Part shown: piece by piece, positions 8,836-18,034 of the stretch
Layout of the letters: every line of letters starts with the position of its first letter
Numbering within the stretch: position 1 is the first letter of the stretch
From: Gemmatimonadales bacterium
GTDB taxonomy: Bacteria; Gemmatimonadota; Gemmatimonadetes; Gemmatimonadales; GWC2-71-9
Assembly (NCBI GenBank): GCA_039794085.1
Contig: JBDIWC010000011.1
Location: 1 to 64,000 of the forward strand
Reading direction: 5' to 3'
DNA: 64,000 nt
Notes under the pieces: model-generated
Seen by the model: only the letters and a program-made list of their open reading frames with translations
Database searches by the model: none
What the model was told of the DNA's origin: nothing
Position numbers and translations under genes: made by a program

Positions 8836-10713
8836 ATGTCACTTCCGGCAGACTGGCACTTCCGAGTATTCAGGCCAGGCGACAATGCATCTGACCCGGA
8901 GTTTGCGGGTGCGTTATTCACACGCGACGACTCCTCGGTAGCTCGATCTCTTGTCAGAGAGGCTATACAGAATTCACTGGATGCGCGTAGGGCCGGCGGT
9001 ACGTCCGTGCGGGTCCGTTTTGCGCTCCGAACCGGAAGCAGGGCTCCCACTGCCAAAGAAACGCACAATTTCTTCGTGGGCCTCTGGCCACATATTGCTT
9101 CTCCGAACAGCGAGGTAGAGGACCCGCCGAATCAACAGGAATCCGTTCAGTATCTGGTGGTAGAGGACTTTGGGACGCGTGGACTGACAGGTGATCCAGG
9201 GGCGTGGGATCCGTTCAGTTCGGAAAAGAATTCGTTCTTTCTGTTTTTCCGTGCGCTCGGACGCACCGGAAAGGAAGGCGAAGATCGAGGCCGTTGGGGC
9301 GTCGGGAAGTTTGTATTCCCGATGGCCAGCCGCGGGCATTGCCTGCTTGCCCTCACGATAGCTGAAACAGAGCACTCGCCACTGATCATGGGGAGGGCAG
9401 TGCTCAAAACACACCGCACAGGTCAGACTACGTATCACCCCGACGGTCATTGGGGGGTACGACACGAGTCCGGCCTCGTACTGCCTGCCAACGATAGCCG
9501 AATGGTAGAGGAGCTCCTGCAAGTATTTGACCTCGAGAGACGGCAGGAGCCAGGGCTCTCAGTCCTAGTGCCGTGGGTTCACGACGGCATAACCATGAAG
9601 GCTCTCAAGGATGCGACAGTAGGCGAGTACTTCCTTCCCATATTACGCGGAGAGCTGACGGTAGAGGCTGATGACAACGGAGCCTCGGACGTAATAGACG
9701 CAGATCGCCTTATGGAAATGACCGCGTCGATCGAGTCTCTAGCCACTCGAGCGCGGATCACACTTGGCTTGCACGCAGCGACATGCCCGGACGGGGAACT
9801 GCTTTGTGTGCCGGATGCATCTGGAGGGTCGGAATATGATTGGGATACAGGTCGACTGACGCCGGAACAATGTGCCGTTGCCTCTGCAAATCTCGAGTTG
9901 GGCAAGGTCGTCGGTTTCAGAGTACCGACGCGCGTGAGGCCAAAGAACTCAACAGACGAATACGCGCATTTCGATGTTTTCCTTCAGCGTGTACAGGGCC
10001 TCGGAAGGTCTCGACCTCTAATTGTAAGAGAAGGCATCACAATCTCGCAGGACAAGACACCTTTTCTCCAGGACTGTGCTTCTCTTCTGATTGTTGATGA
10101 TCGCCCTCTGGCGAGTTTCGTTGGTGACGCTGAGACGCCTGCCCACAACGAACTCCAGAATGACCTAGTCAAGTCGAAGTACGTCCTCGCAAGTAAGTTG
10201 ATAAAGTTTATCCGGAGTGCTCCCGCAGCCATCATTCGTGAGCTAGAAGGGGCAGATCGTGCCGCTGACCACGGGCTTCTGGCGGCATTTTTCCCACGTC
10301 CGGAGCCGACGCCCGTCCCCCACAAGCCGAAACCGAAGCCTTCTTCGGCTGGCGATGACATCGAAGGGATCCCCGAACTTCCGGTGCGCCAAGTTCGGTA
10401 TCGTATCGGCAAGATACAATCCGGCTTTACAGTGGCCGGCACGGGTACGGCGACGGTCGGTGGGCGAGTAACTGTCGCCTGTGCCTATGATATTCGCCGA
10501 GGCAACGCGCTGAAGAAATACAAGTCAATGGACTTCGCGTTTGGCCGTGATGTGGACTGTCGGGCGAAGGGCCTCACGATCGAGTCAGCTGAGGCCAACA
10601 AAGTTGTGGCAGAGATCGTCGACCCCCACTTTGAGATAAAGGCAACCGGTTTTGATGAGAATCGCAACCTCGTTGTGAAGGTTCTGCTTGAGGAACTTGG
10701 AGTAGATACGTGA
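8836..10713 (+). CDS. GHKL (HSP90/MutL/MORC-like) ATPase-domain protein with an unknown C-terminal region
   Basis: LVREAIQNSLDA (motif I), VEDFGTRGL (motif II), GRWGVGK (motif III). Confidence 0.8.
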   Translation: MSLPADWHFRVFRPGDNASDPEFAGALFTRDDSSVARSLVREAIQNSLDARRAGGTSVRVRFALRTGSRAPTAKETHNFFVGLWPHIASPNSEVEDPPNQQESVQYLVVEDFGTRGLTGDPGAWDPFSSEKNSFFLFFRALGRTGKEGEDRGRWGVGKFVFPMASRGHCLLALTIAETEHSPLIMGRAVLKTHRTGQTTYHPDGHWGVRHESGLVLPANDSRMVEELLQVFDLERRQEPGLSVLVPWVHDGITMKALKDATVGEYFLPILRGELTVEADDNGASDVIDADRLMEMTASIESLATRARITLGLHAATCPDGELLCVPDASGGSEYDWDTGRLTPEQCAVASANLELGKVVGFRVPTRVRPKNSTDEYAHFDVFLQRVQGLGRSRPLIVREGITISQDKTPFLQDCASLLIVDDRPLASFVGDAETPAHNELQNDLVKSKYVLASKLIKFIRSAPAAIIRELEGADRAADHGLLAAFFPRPEPTPVPHKPKPKPSSAGDDIEGIPELPVRQVRYRIGKIQSGFTVAGTGTATVGGRVTVACAYDIRRGNALKKYKSMDFAFGRDVDCRAKGLTIESAEANKVVAEIVDPHFEIKATGFDENRNLVVKVLLEELGVDT

Positions 10714-11456
10714 CGATCAGGCGGCTCAACTATACGGGTTGTCAGCGTGTTCGGCGTGTCGATGTCCAGATCACAATGGATGTTGACACGACGCCACCGA
10801 CATTCCTTTGCGCGCATTCCTTAGACCACTATCATTTTCCGCCAGACGCGGTAATTGTGATCGAAGCTCAGGCCCACTGGACCCTGATGCGCTTTGATTG
10901 TGCTACCGTTTCGTCGTCCGCGTGCGGTGGGCCATTCCAGCTAGACGACTTTGATTCGCCTAACGGAATCGTATTCAGGCTAAAGGTGATCGGCACCGGG
11001 GCGCAAGAGGGATTGATTCTGGGCGAGGCCGAGGGAGTACGACCGGCGGCCGACGATGGAATGGAAGATGCGCGTTCATTCTTGGCGGTGCAACCTGCAG
11101 AACTGGGCGATGTGGTATGGCGCCTTTCTTTCGTGGGCACTGACCCCCTGCTTCAGGTAAACGAGAAGATGGAGGATTGGCGCAGCTTTATCCGTCGTCG
11201 TGATGTTCAGGCCTTGCTCATGCCTGAGATCTACAGACAGCTCCTCAGGGAGGCCTTCAGGAACCCTGTCGATACAGACGCAAAAGATGCGTGGCAGAAC
11301 GCGGTGCTGACCATGGTTCCCCCCGCAGTCGGAAGACGACCTGCGACAGAGGACCAAGAGGACATTGACGGATGGGTTGATGATGCGGTACGGTTTTTTG
11401 CGGGGAGGCACCGACTGCTCCGTGGTCTTTCCGAGTGGACTCGAGGAGAAGCATGA
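10710..11456 (+). CDS. Hypothetical protein, translationally coupled to the GHKL gene
   Basis: GTGA start/stop overlap; protein-like beta-rich N-half and helical C-half. Confidence 0.8.
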   Translation: MTIRRLNYTGCQRVRRVDVQITMDVDTTPPTFLCAHSLDHYHFPPDAVIVIEAQAHWTLMRFDCATVSSSACGGPFQLDDFDSPNGIVFRLKVIGTGAQEGLILGEAEGVRPAADDGMEDARSFLAVQPAELGDVVWRLSFVGTDPLLQVNEKMEDWRSFIRRRDVQALLMPEIYRQLLREAFRNPVDTDAKDAWQNAVLTMVPPAVGRRPATEDQEDIDGWVDDAVRFFAGRHRLLRGLSEWTRGEA

Positions 11457-12160
11457 GATTGGAATGCCGCTGTTTCAATGATCGTGGGTTGCATGCGGCC
11501 GCGGAGACTCTCGACGCTTTGCGGGCAGGCCATGACAACGGTCTACCAGCCACACTAATTTCCGATCCTGCCTTGACAGATGTGGTTGGCGGGATGCTCA
11601 CGCTGCCGCAAGTTGGCTTCCAGACGAGGTTTCAACTGGGCGCTTGGCTCTATCGAGAGCTGCCAATGGTCGTCCAGCTTAACAGCCTCCTGCGCAGTCC
11701 AGGGTTCTGGACATGGCTCGCGTTCTTCCTATTTCCCTACGTGTGCCAAGGAGCCGAGAAGGTCGGGGAGAATGCTCGGTATATCTTTAACCGTGATAAC
11801 TTCCGGAAGCGTTATCGCCACTTGGCTGCTGGCCCCTACCTCGTGTTTTCGAGGCACAATATGGCGCCACAAACCATACGAGGACTCCTCGCTGCCCCGC
11901 CGCATTCGCCCGGTGATCTTTACGAGCAGTTCGCGTCCCGCCAGGAGCTGATCACAAGCGCAGCTGTAATGGAGGTGGTGAATCAGATGTACTTTGCCAA
12001 AGATACTGGAGTTCTCAAGCGCGGTGCCGCAACAAATGCTCGCCGCTTGGCTGAAGTACTCATGCACTATGACGTAACCTATGATTTTATTTCAATTCCG
12101 ACGGGGCGTCTACTCAGTATGCTCCCAAAGGAGTTCCACCGCTTCATCGCAACCACCTGA
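11453..12160 (+). CDS. Hypothetical helical protein, third gene of the operon
   Basis: GAGGAG RBS; ATGA overlap with the previous stop. Confidence 0.8.
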   Translation: MRLECRCFNDRGLHAAAETLDALRAGHDNGLPATLISDPALTDVVGGMLTLPQVGFQTRFQLGAWLYRELPMVVQLNSLLRSPGFWTWLAFFLFPYVCQGAEKVGENARYIFNRDNFRKRYRHLAAGPYLVFSRHNMAPQTIRGLLAAPPHSPGDLYEQFASRQELITSAAVMEVVNQMYFAKDTGVLKRGAATNARRLAEVLMHYDVTYDFISIPTGRLLSMLPKEFHRFIATT

Positions 12161-12199
12161 GTTTGCCGCAATCTGGAAGTATAGGGACCTCACCTTAAC

Positions 12200-12607
12200 T
12201 TGGCCGGTGGGAGAGTGGATCCGCTCCTTGTCGACATCGAATCTGACATGCGCGAGATCACCTCGCGGATCGGGTTGTCCCTCGCGATACCGTCATTTAT
12301 CGAGACAGTGCAGAAGATTGCGGCGCGGAGGTCCGAACTTGCATGGACAGGCTCCAAAGGCCTCTACCTCTTCGAGTCTGAGGGTAGGGTGAAGTACCTT
12401 GGCAGGGCCCTGGGTACTTTCCTCGGTGAGCGGCTCCGCTCACAGTGCCGAGCTCGCGGCCATGAGCCCTGGGACGCAGTTCTCGACGATCCGGCGACTC
12501 GAGTCCGCCTGTATTTGTTGGAACCGGCTGAGTGGTATTGGGCGGCTTCGGTCGAGGCTTACCTCATTGAGCGGCATCGTCCGCCCATCAATAAGCGGGT
12601 GTCCTGA
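12200..12607 (+). CDS. Small GIY-YIG nuclease-like protein
   Basis: GLY-x9-YLG, downstream R (ERLRSQ), E in 'VEAYLIERHRPPIN'; start uncertain. Confidence 0.7.
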   Translation: MAGGRVDPLLVDIESDMREITSRIGLSLAIPSFIETVQKIAARRSELAWTGSKGLYLFESEGRVKYLGRALGTFLGERLRSQCRARGHEPWDAVLDDPATRVRLYLLEPAEWYWAASVEAYLIERHRPPINKRVS

Positions 12608-12621
12608 CTCGAGGACCGTAG

Positions 12622-13033
12622 TTGGTGGCCGTTCGGACCGGCCGTTGGGTACTGCGGCCGGATGTGGAGAGCACCATCCGGGCCCGTTCGAAACTCCTCA
12701 GGAGTGGTGCCAGTGAGTGCACCTGTTCGGGCTGCAGGAACTACGAGGCTGTGTCGAAGTCTACGAGCTCGGCCGCGCCGATTCCGGTCTGCATCGATAC
12801 GCGGGCGGGTTTCCCTTGTGGACACGATCGAGTCGGGCAGGAGCGCATGGCGCCCCGACAGGGACCAGCCTTCCGCCAAGACCGCCGACTTCGAACCGCT
12901 TTCGCCCACGGTGTCAATTGGCTTTCACACCGACATCGCACTGGTTCGTCCGTCCTTCGAGGGCCTGCCGCTGGTCCAACTGGAGATCGGCGTGGAACTC
13001 CCGTGGGTCATCACCGAAGAGGAGCCTGGGTAA
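12622..13033 (+). pseudogene. Frameshifted hypothetical protein
   Basis: N-part 'CTCSGCRNY' and C-part 'VQLEIGVELPWVI' lie in different frames. Confidence 0.5.
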
Positions 13034-13052
13034 CGAGGTTGGCCCGGAAAAG

Positions 13053-13155
13053 GACGCAACCCCGTTGGGGTAGTCGAATGGTTCGGGATTCGTTCCCGGG
13101 GTAGGCGCTGGCGCGCCAACCCCGGGCTGTCAAAGGCGCAACCCCTTCGGGGTTG
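13053..13155. repeat. REP/MITE-like palindromic element
   Basis: caaccccgttggggt ... cccggggt-N-aaccccggg ... caaccccttcggggttg. Confidence 0.65.
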
Positions 13156-13268
13156 GTCGTCAACCCGGCGCCCTGTTTTCAACAATCCGGAAACGCGACG
13201 CGACGCCTGACCGACGGAGGAAGGACCTGCCCTCGTAGGCGGAACGGCCCCACACCGGAGAGTGTCAG

Positions 13269-13679
13269 ATGGCTTGGTGGACGGCAGTTGTGACGCTTGA
13301 CACGATGATGCGCTTGTGGCCCGTCGCTGCGGTGTGGCTGATTCTTCTTGTGATCACCACAGTTCCGCTGGCGCGCCAAGGTCGCGCCTCTGGTCGGAAT
13401 GCGGCGTGGGCGCTGCTGCCGTTTGCCTTCTCGACCGCCATCATTCTGTGCGGCGTCCTGTTCTACAACCCCGCCCGTTCTTCCCCGCGCATCATGGTGT
13501 CTCTGGCCGGGGCCCTGATCTGGGTGTTGCTCATCGGGCAACTCGTCGCCTCTGTCCTGCTGATACGGCGGCTCCGAGGCGCACGGATGTTTGCCACCGT
13601 AGTGTCCCTCGGAGGATTGTGGCTGTCTCTGGTGGGGGGACTCGTCAGTCTGATGTCCGTTAGCGGTGACTGGCTTTGA
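13269..13679 (+). CDS. Small membrane protein (about 4 TM)
   Basis: Alternating hydrophobic segments; GGAG upstream. Confidence 0.6.
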   Translation: MAWWTAVVTLDTMMRLWPVAAVWLILLVITTVPLARQGRASGRNAAWALLPFAFSTAIILCGVLFYNPARSSPRIMVSLAGALIWVLLIGQLVASVLLIRRLRGARMFATVVSLGGLWLSLVGGLVSLMSVSGDWL

Positions 13680-13940
13680 CCTGGCGGTGGGAGGCCGTTG
13701 GCACGGCCGGGTGCTCCCGGTGGCGAGAGCCACCTCACCTGGCCGAGCAAGGGGCGTCAGCCCCGGGAAACACCAATCGAAGCCGAGAAGACCGAGCCCG
13801 GGTGCGCGTGGTCCGGCATGCATCCAGGGCATGAGCCAGAGCACAGAATGTCGGCACGTAGGGTCAAGTGCCGACGTTTTGCGCTTCGTGGGCTGTTCCG
13901 AAACGTCGGGGATTGCGCTCAACCCCCGACGTTTCGTATT

Positions 13941-14409
13941 CCTCGGCTGAAGCCGAGGCTCGGCGCCTTCGGCGACGGGTCCTGAAGGACGGACGGTTCT
14001 CCCGTACCCGTACTCGTACACGTACTCGTACACGAGCGGAAGCCACAGATGACGCGGATGACGCAGAAGGCTCCGCCTTTCAAGGCCTGTCGGGCGGAGC
14101 GAGCCCAAGCGCGGCTTTCAAGCCGGGAAAACAGGGTCGGCGCCTCCAGCGACGGGTCCTGAAGGACGCGGAACTCCTCACTCTTGGTCCTTCGGTCCGC
14201 GGCACCGGGCGCTATGAGGGTGACGGTTCCCTCGGCTGAAGCCGAGGCTCGGCGCCTGCGGCGACGGGTCCTGAAGGACGGCCTACCTCCCCGTACCCGT
14301 ACCCGTACTCGTACGCGAGCGGAAGCCACAGATGACGCAGATGACGCAGAAGGTTCCGCCTTTCAAGGCCTGTCGGGCGGAGCCCGCCGAGCGCGGCTTT
14401 CAAGCCGGG
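13941..14409. repeat. Two about 180-bp direct repeats (13941-14127 and 14230-14409)
   Basis: cctcggctgaagccgagg...cgacgggtcctgaaggac...(cgtacN)n...ccacagatgacgc...gcggctttcaagccggg in both copies. Confidence 0.9.
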
Positions 14410-14421
14410 GAGCAAGAGGAG

Positions 14422-14673
14422 TCAGCCGTAGTGATTGCGAGCTTGCAGGAATTCGATACGGTCGGTGAACACCTCGTAGACCAGACGGTCGGCCTCGCGG
14501 ATTCGCCGGGACCAGACATTGCCCCCGAAGGATTTCAGGTGCTCGGGTTTGCCGATTCCTCCCGAGGGATCGTGCCGGCCTCCATCAAGTCCAGGACCCG
14601 CACTGCCGTCTTGCGATTGGTCTCCACCCAGTCGCGGAGGTCCTCCAGGCACTCCTTCTGAATGACCGCGTCG
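14422..14673 (-). pseudogene. Txe/YoeB family toxin, frameshifted, no antitoxin seen
   Basis: 'ECLEDLRDWVETNRKTAVRVLDLME' followed in another frame by 'GIGKPEHLK...WSRRIREADRLVYEV...LQARNHY'. Confidence 0.85.
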
Positions 14674-14928
14674 CGTCCCCGCCTGGCGGAGGAGCTCAGG
14701 GGAGGGCCCCGAGGTCCGCCGCCTCCCGGGAATCCTCGACTTCGTCCCAGAGGGTGGCGAGATTCTGGCGGGCGTGACTATAACTTGTCCTGAGGGGCAT
14801 GATGGGTTCTTGTTGTCTTGTACAGCACAGTTGTACAAGATTCTGTGTGGTGTCAAGGGACGGTGTGAACGGCTGCGCCGGGGAGCGCCCGGTGGGTCAT
14901 GCGTTGGACAGCCAGAGGAGTCCTGGAC

Positions 14929-15264
14929 ATGAACCAAGACCTCACGAAAGCGCAGCGTCGACGTCTTCGCGAGCTCGGTGGCATCGCGTATGAGAGGGAT
15001 CTGTCGGCCGAACTCACGAAGCTCGAGACTGAGTTCACGCGGTGGCGTGCCGGGGAGGTCGACGCGTTCGATCTGTCGGAGGTGATCCACCGCTTTCACC
15101 AGGGCCCATCGCGCGAACTCTTCTTGAAGTACGACCACTCACACCTGGACCTGGCCGTCGCCCACGCGATTCACCGAGGCGTCCTCTCCCCGGAGGAAGT
15201 TGGTTCTGCCATGATCGAATTGCTCGGCGGGTACCTCGCTTCCCTGCGGGAGGGAGACGTCTGA
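14929..15264 (+). CDS. Hypothetical helical protein
   Basis: GAGGAG RBS; a GTTGGAC core-like site lies just upstream. Confidence 0.7.
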   Translation: MNQDLTKAQRRRLRELGGIAYERDLSAELTKLETEFTRWRAGEVDAFDLSEVIHRFHQGPSRELFLKYDHSHLDLAVAHAIHRGVLSPEEVGSAMIELLGGYLASLREGDV

Positions 15265-15407
15265 CCGGGCGCTGGATGCGGGGCCGGGTATACGGAACGG
15301 TACGGTGTCGAGGTTGCGGAACAGCGGGGCTATGCCACCGCAGCGGATCGGCACGGCGTTCGCTTAAGCCCAAGTCCAATCCGAGAAGTGAGTCTTTACG
15401 CCACGAA

Positions 15408-16391
15408 ATGAGGTTCTCCGTGATTCGAGCTGGATCATATGCGGTCTCGCTGGTCGTGGCAGCGCTGCTCGGGACGTCTTGTGAGCCGAGCCCTCGGTTC
15501 GGTGCTCCGGTCATTGGAGACAGTCTGGGCATCGCCATCGTCGACCACGGTGCCGTCGATCCCGAGGCACTGCCCATGCTTCGGTTGGAGGCGGAGCCAC
15601 TCGTCAGTATCGGTGTGGTCGATGGGCCGGACGAATACCAGTTTTACGACGTCATTGACGCTCATCGACGGCGAAATGGTTCCATCGCCGTTCTCGACAG
15701 GAGCCGGACACTACGCGTCTTCGACAGTCTCGGGGCTCACATGTGGACCGCGGGATCCGAGGGCGATGGCCCGGGGGAGTTCCGGCGGCCGCAGAAGGTC
15801 GCTGAGTTGGCAGGGGACACGCTTGTCGTGTGGGACGGCGGCCCCGCGCGGTTCAGCCTGTTCGTCGATCCCGGGGAGTTGGTGCGGACAAGGGTCGTCG
15901 CACCCCTGGCTGGCAGCAGCCGCGTCCTCGGGCTCTCGAATACTGACCGGCTGGTGGTCGCCCATCAGCTGGTCGAGCGCGGGGTCGTCAATAGCCATAG
16001 TGCCATAACGGTACACGTCGAGATGTACCTCCTGCATGTCGCCGACGTTCAATTGGCTCTGCTGGGGCGTGAGCTCCTGGTGATCCAGTATCAGGAGATC
16101 GATGAAGGGGGCGCGTACTCGCCCGCCATCTTCGAAGCGGCGGCGGTCCTCGCCCCCGCCGCTGATGGCTTCTGGTATGGAGATGCGAAGCGCGATGAAT
16201 TGCGTCGTACCACCGTCTCGAATGGCGTTGACAGGGTTGTGCGATGGCAAGGGCCCGATCGAGCAATTGACGAGTCGGACTTTGACGGAGCCAACTTCAG
16301 GCCGCTCCGTGTCGACCGTGGTTGGGTTTTGGGCGTGGAGCGGGGTGAGCTCGACGTGGAGCGGATTGTGCTTCGCCGGGTCACGCAATGA
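15408..16391 (+). CDS. 6-bladed beta-propeller lipoprotein-like protein, probably internally deleted
   Basis: Lipobox-like LLGTSC; 'GSEGDGPGEFRRP'; C-terminal 'GVERGELDVERIV'; abrupt junction after 'IDESD'. Confidence 0.7.
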   Translation: MRFSVIRAGSYAVSLVVAALLGTSCEPSPRFGAPVIGDSLGIAIVDHGAVDPEALPMLRLEAEPLVSIGVVDGPDEYQFYDVIDAHRRRNGSIAVLDRSRTLRVFDSLGAHMWTAGSEGDGPGEFRRPQKVAELAGDTLVVWDGGPARFSLFVDPGELVRTRVVAPLAGSSRVLGLSNTDRLVVAHQLVERGVVNSHSAITVHVEMYLLHVADVQLALLGRELLVIQYQEIDEGGAYSPAIFEAAAVLAPAADGFWYGDAKRDELRRTTVSNGVDRVVRWQGPDRAIDESDFDGANFRPLRVDRGWVLGVERGELDVERIVLRRVTQ

Positions 16392-16925
16392 CCGTCGCAG
16401 GCTGCTGCCGTGGTCGAGGAGGTGGCGGGTGAGGGCAGGGGCTGCTCAGGGGGACGTGGTGTCTCGACGCGGCGGAGCGGTGGTTGTCGCCGGGTCAGGC
16501 GGAGGGTATCGCGCGGGTGCGGGGGTTGTATCCCGATTTGACAGATGACGCTAGATGACGCGTTCGTGGCGGAACACCGGGATGCGTGGCTCGGGTGACG
16601 GCGGATAGCTCATGGAGCGTCACCCCGGCGGATGCCGGGGTCCATGGTCGGGCGTGCAGAGACTCAACGCAAAGGCGCAAGGAGGCAAAGGGGCACGGGG
16701 TTGGCCTGGTGGCGCAGGGGCGAATCACATTCGCCCTCGAATTCCGTTCGCCCGTGCGGGGAACCGTGGGCCGCCCACGGAGCGTCACCCCGGCGAAGCT
16801 TGTCCCCGCGTAGGCGGGGAGCCGGGATCGACCGCCGCACAGGGAGAGGTCACTGAGCGCCCCACGAGTGATGAACGAGAACCGATGTGCACGAGGGGCG
16901 GAACGACCGGGAGGTCCCTGCGTTG

Positions 16926-17441
16926 CTAAAGACAGATGGAGACGCCGCTGACCCCGACGCGATCCGTTGTCAGGCGAACCCGCGTGCCGAGCCGTGGCGC
17001 ACCGACCCGCCACAATTCTATCCACAGCGTCTCGTCCCGAAAACCTCTAAAGAAGGCGTTGCGGAGCTCGGCGTCGCGAATCCAGGTGAAGACGAACCAC
17101 GTTGGCCGGTTGAATTTGTTCTCGGGTTGATTGTAGCGCGACCCGATGGAGTCGAGCAACACGCGTCCGTCGTTGCGTACGATGCGGACTCGTGGGTCGG
17201 GCTCGGGGTCAATCGTTCCGGTCTCAAACGGCCACGAATGCCAGACGACGAGTTCCGACAGCTCCCTGGTATCGTGCTGAAGGAACCCCACGCTCAGCGT
17301 ATCCCCCGCGTTGATGCCGGTATCGGGAAGGACTGCAAGCGCTTCCGCAAACTGGCCGCCACCGCAGGGACCACCAAAGCGGGCCGCACCATCGCACGCA
17401 GCGATGAAGAGGGTGCCGACGATGAGAAGCAAAGATCTCAC
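16926..17441 (-). CDS. Hypothetical lipoprotein
   Basis: GTG start; lipobox FIAAC. Confidence 0.6.
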   Translation of the reverse strand: MRSLLLIVGTLFIAACDGAARFGGPCGGGQFAEALAVLPDTGINAGDTLSVGFLQHDTRELSELVVWHSWPFETGTIDPEPDPRVRIVRNDGRVLLDSIGSRYNQPENKFNRPTWFVFTWIRDAELRNAFFRGFRDETLWIELWRVGAPRLGTRVRLTTDRVGVSGVSICL

Positions 17442-17451
17442 AGGCGTCGCC

Positions 17452-17862
17452 TCACGTGGCGGTGTCAATGAGCCGGGCCAGATCATCGCGATGCTGCTCC
17501 ACGAACTCCATGATCTCCTCCACCTCATCGGTGTCCAGAAGGTCAAGGCCAAAGTGACTGGCCAGATAGGCAAACGCGAACCCCAGCAGAGGTTCATGAC
17601 GCAGCTGCGGTTCCCGCTCTGTGGTGGCGACGTAGCTGGTCAGCGCCGCGTCGCGGGCCTTCCTCATCGGAGTGCCACTCCAGGGAAGTCCTCGCATCTT
17701 CAGACAGACAGAGGGCGCGAGGTGGAAGAGCGTGTCCTCCTCGATCGGTTGCCCGATCAGTTCACCGAAAGGGATCGTCTCCCGGGCATCCAGGTAGGCA
17801 GACGCGATCTCACGGAGCCACGCGACAGGCTCGGACGGTAGCGGTTGATGCCAGGGCGACAT
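17452..17862 (-). CDS. Hypothetical protein
   Basis: GAGG RBS; natural amino-acid composition. Confidence 0.6.
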   Translation of the reverse strand: MSPWHQPLPSEPVAWLREIASAYLDARETIPFGELIGQPIEEDTLFHLAPSVCLKMRGLPWSGTPMRKARDAALTSYVATTEREPQLRHEPLLGFAFAYLASHFGLDLLDTDEVEEIMEFVEQHRDDLARLIDTAT

Positions 17863-18034
17863 GGGCTAGACCTCGTCATTATAATAGCGACGACGACCCA
17901 CACGTTCCAACCCATGAACCACTCCGTGCGCATGGGTGATCTGGAGACGCCTCGGAGGTGAAACCCACCACATTGTAGGAGTGAGGAGAGAGGAGTGAGG
18001 AGAGAGAGTGGCCGTGGCGGCTGCCGTCCGCCCT

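Noticed and set aside
6342..12607. Assignment to Mza, DISARM, BREX or a classical type II RM system
   Set aside because: No Z1, AIPR, helicase, PglZ or recognisable REase motifs were seen; a profile search is still needed to be sure
13941..14409. CRISPR array
   Set aside because: Only two long copies, no regular repeat-spacer periodicity and no cas genes; the other short-period repeats also lack unique spacers
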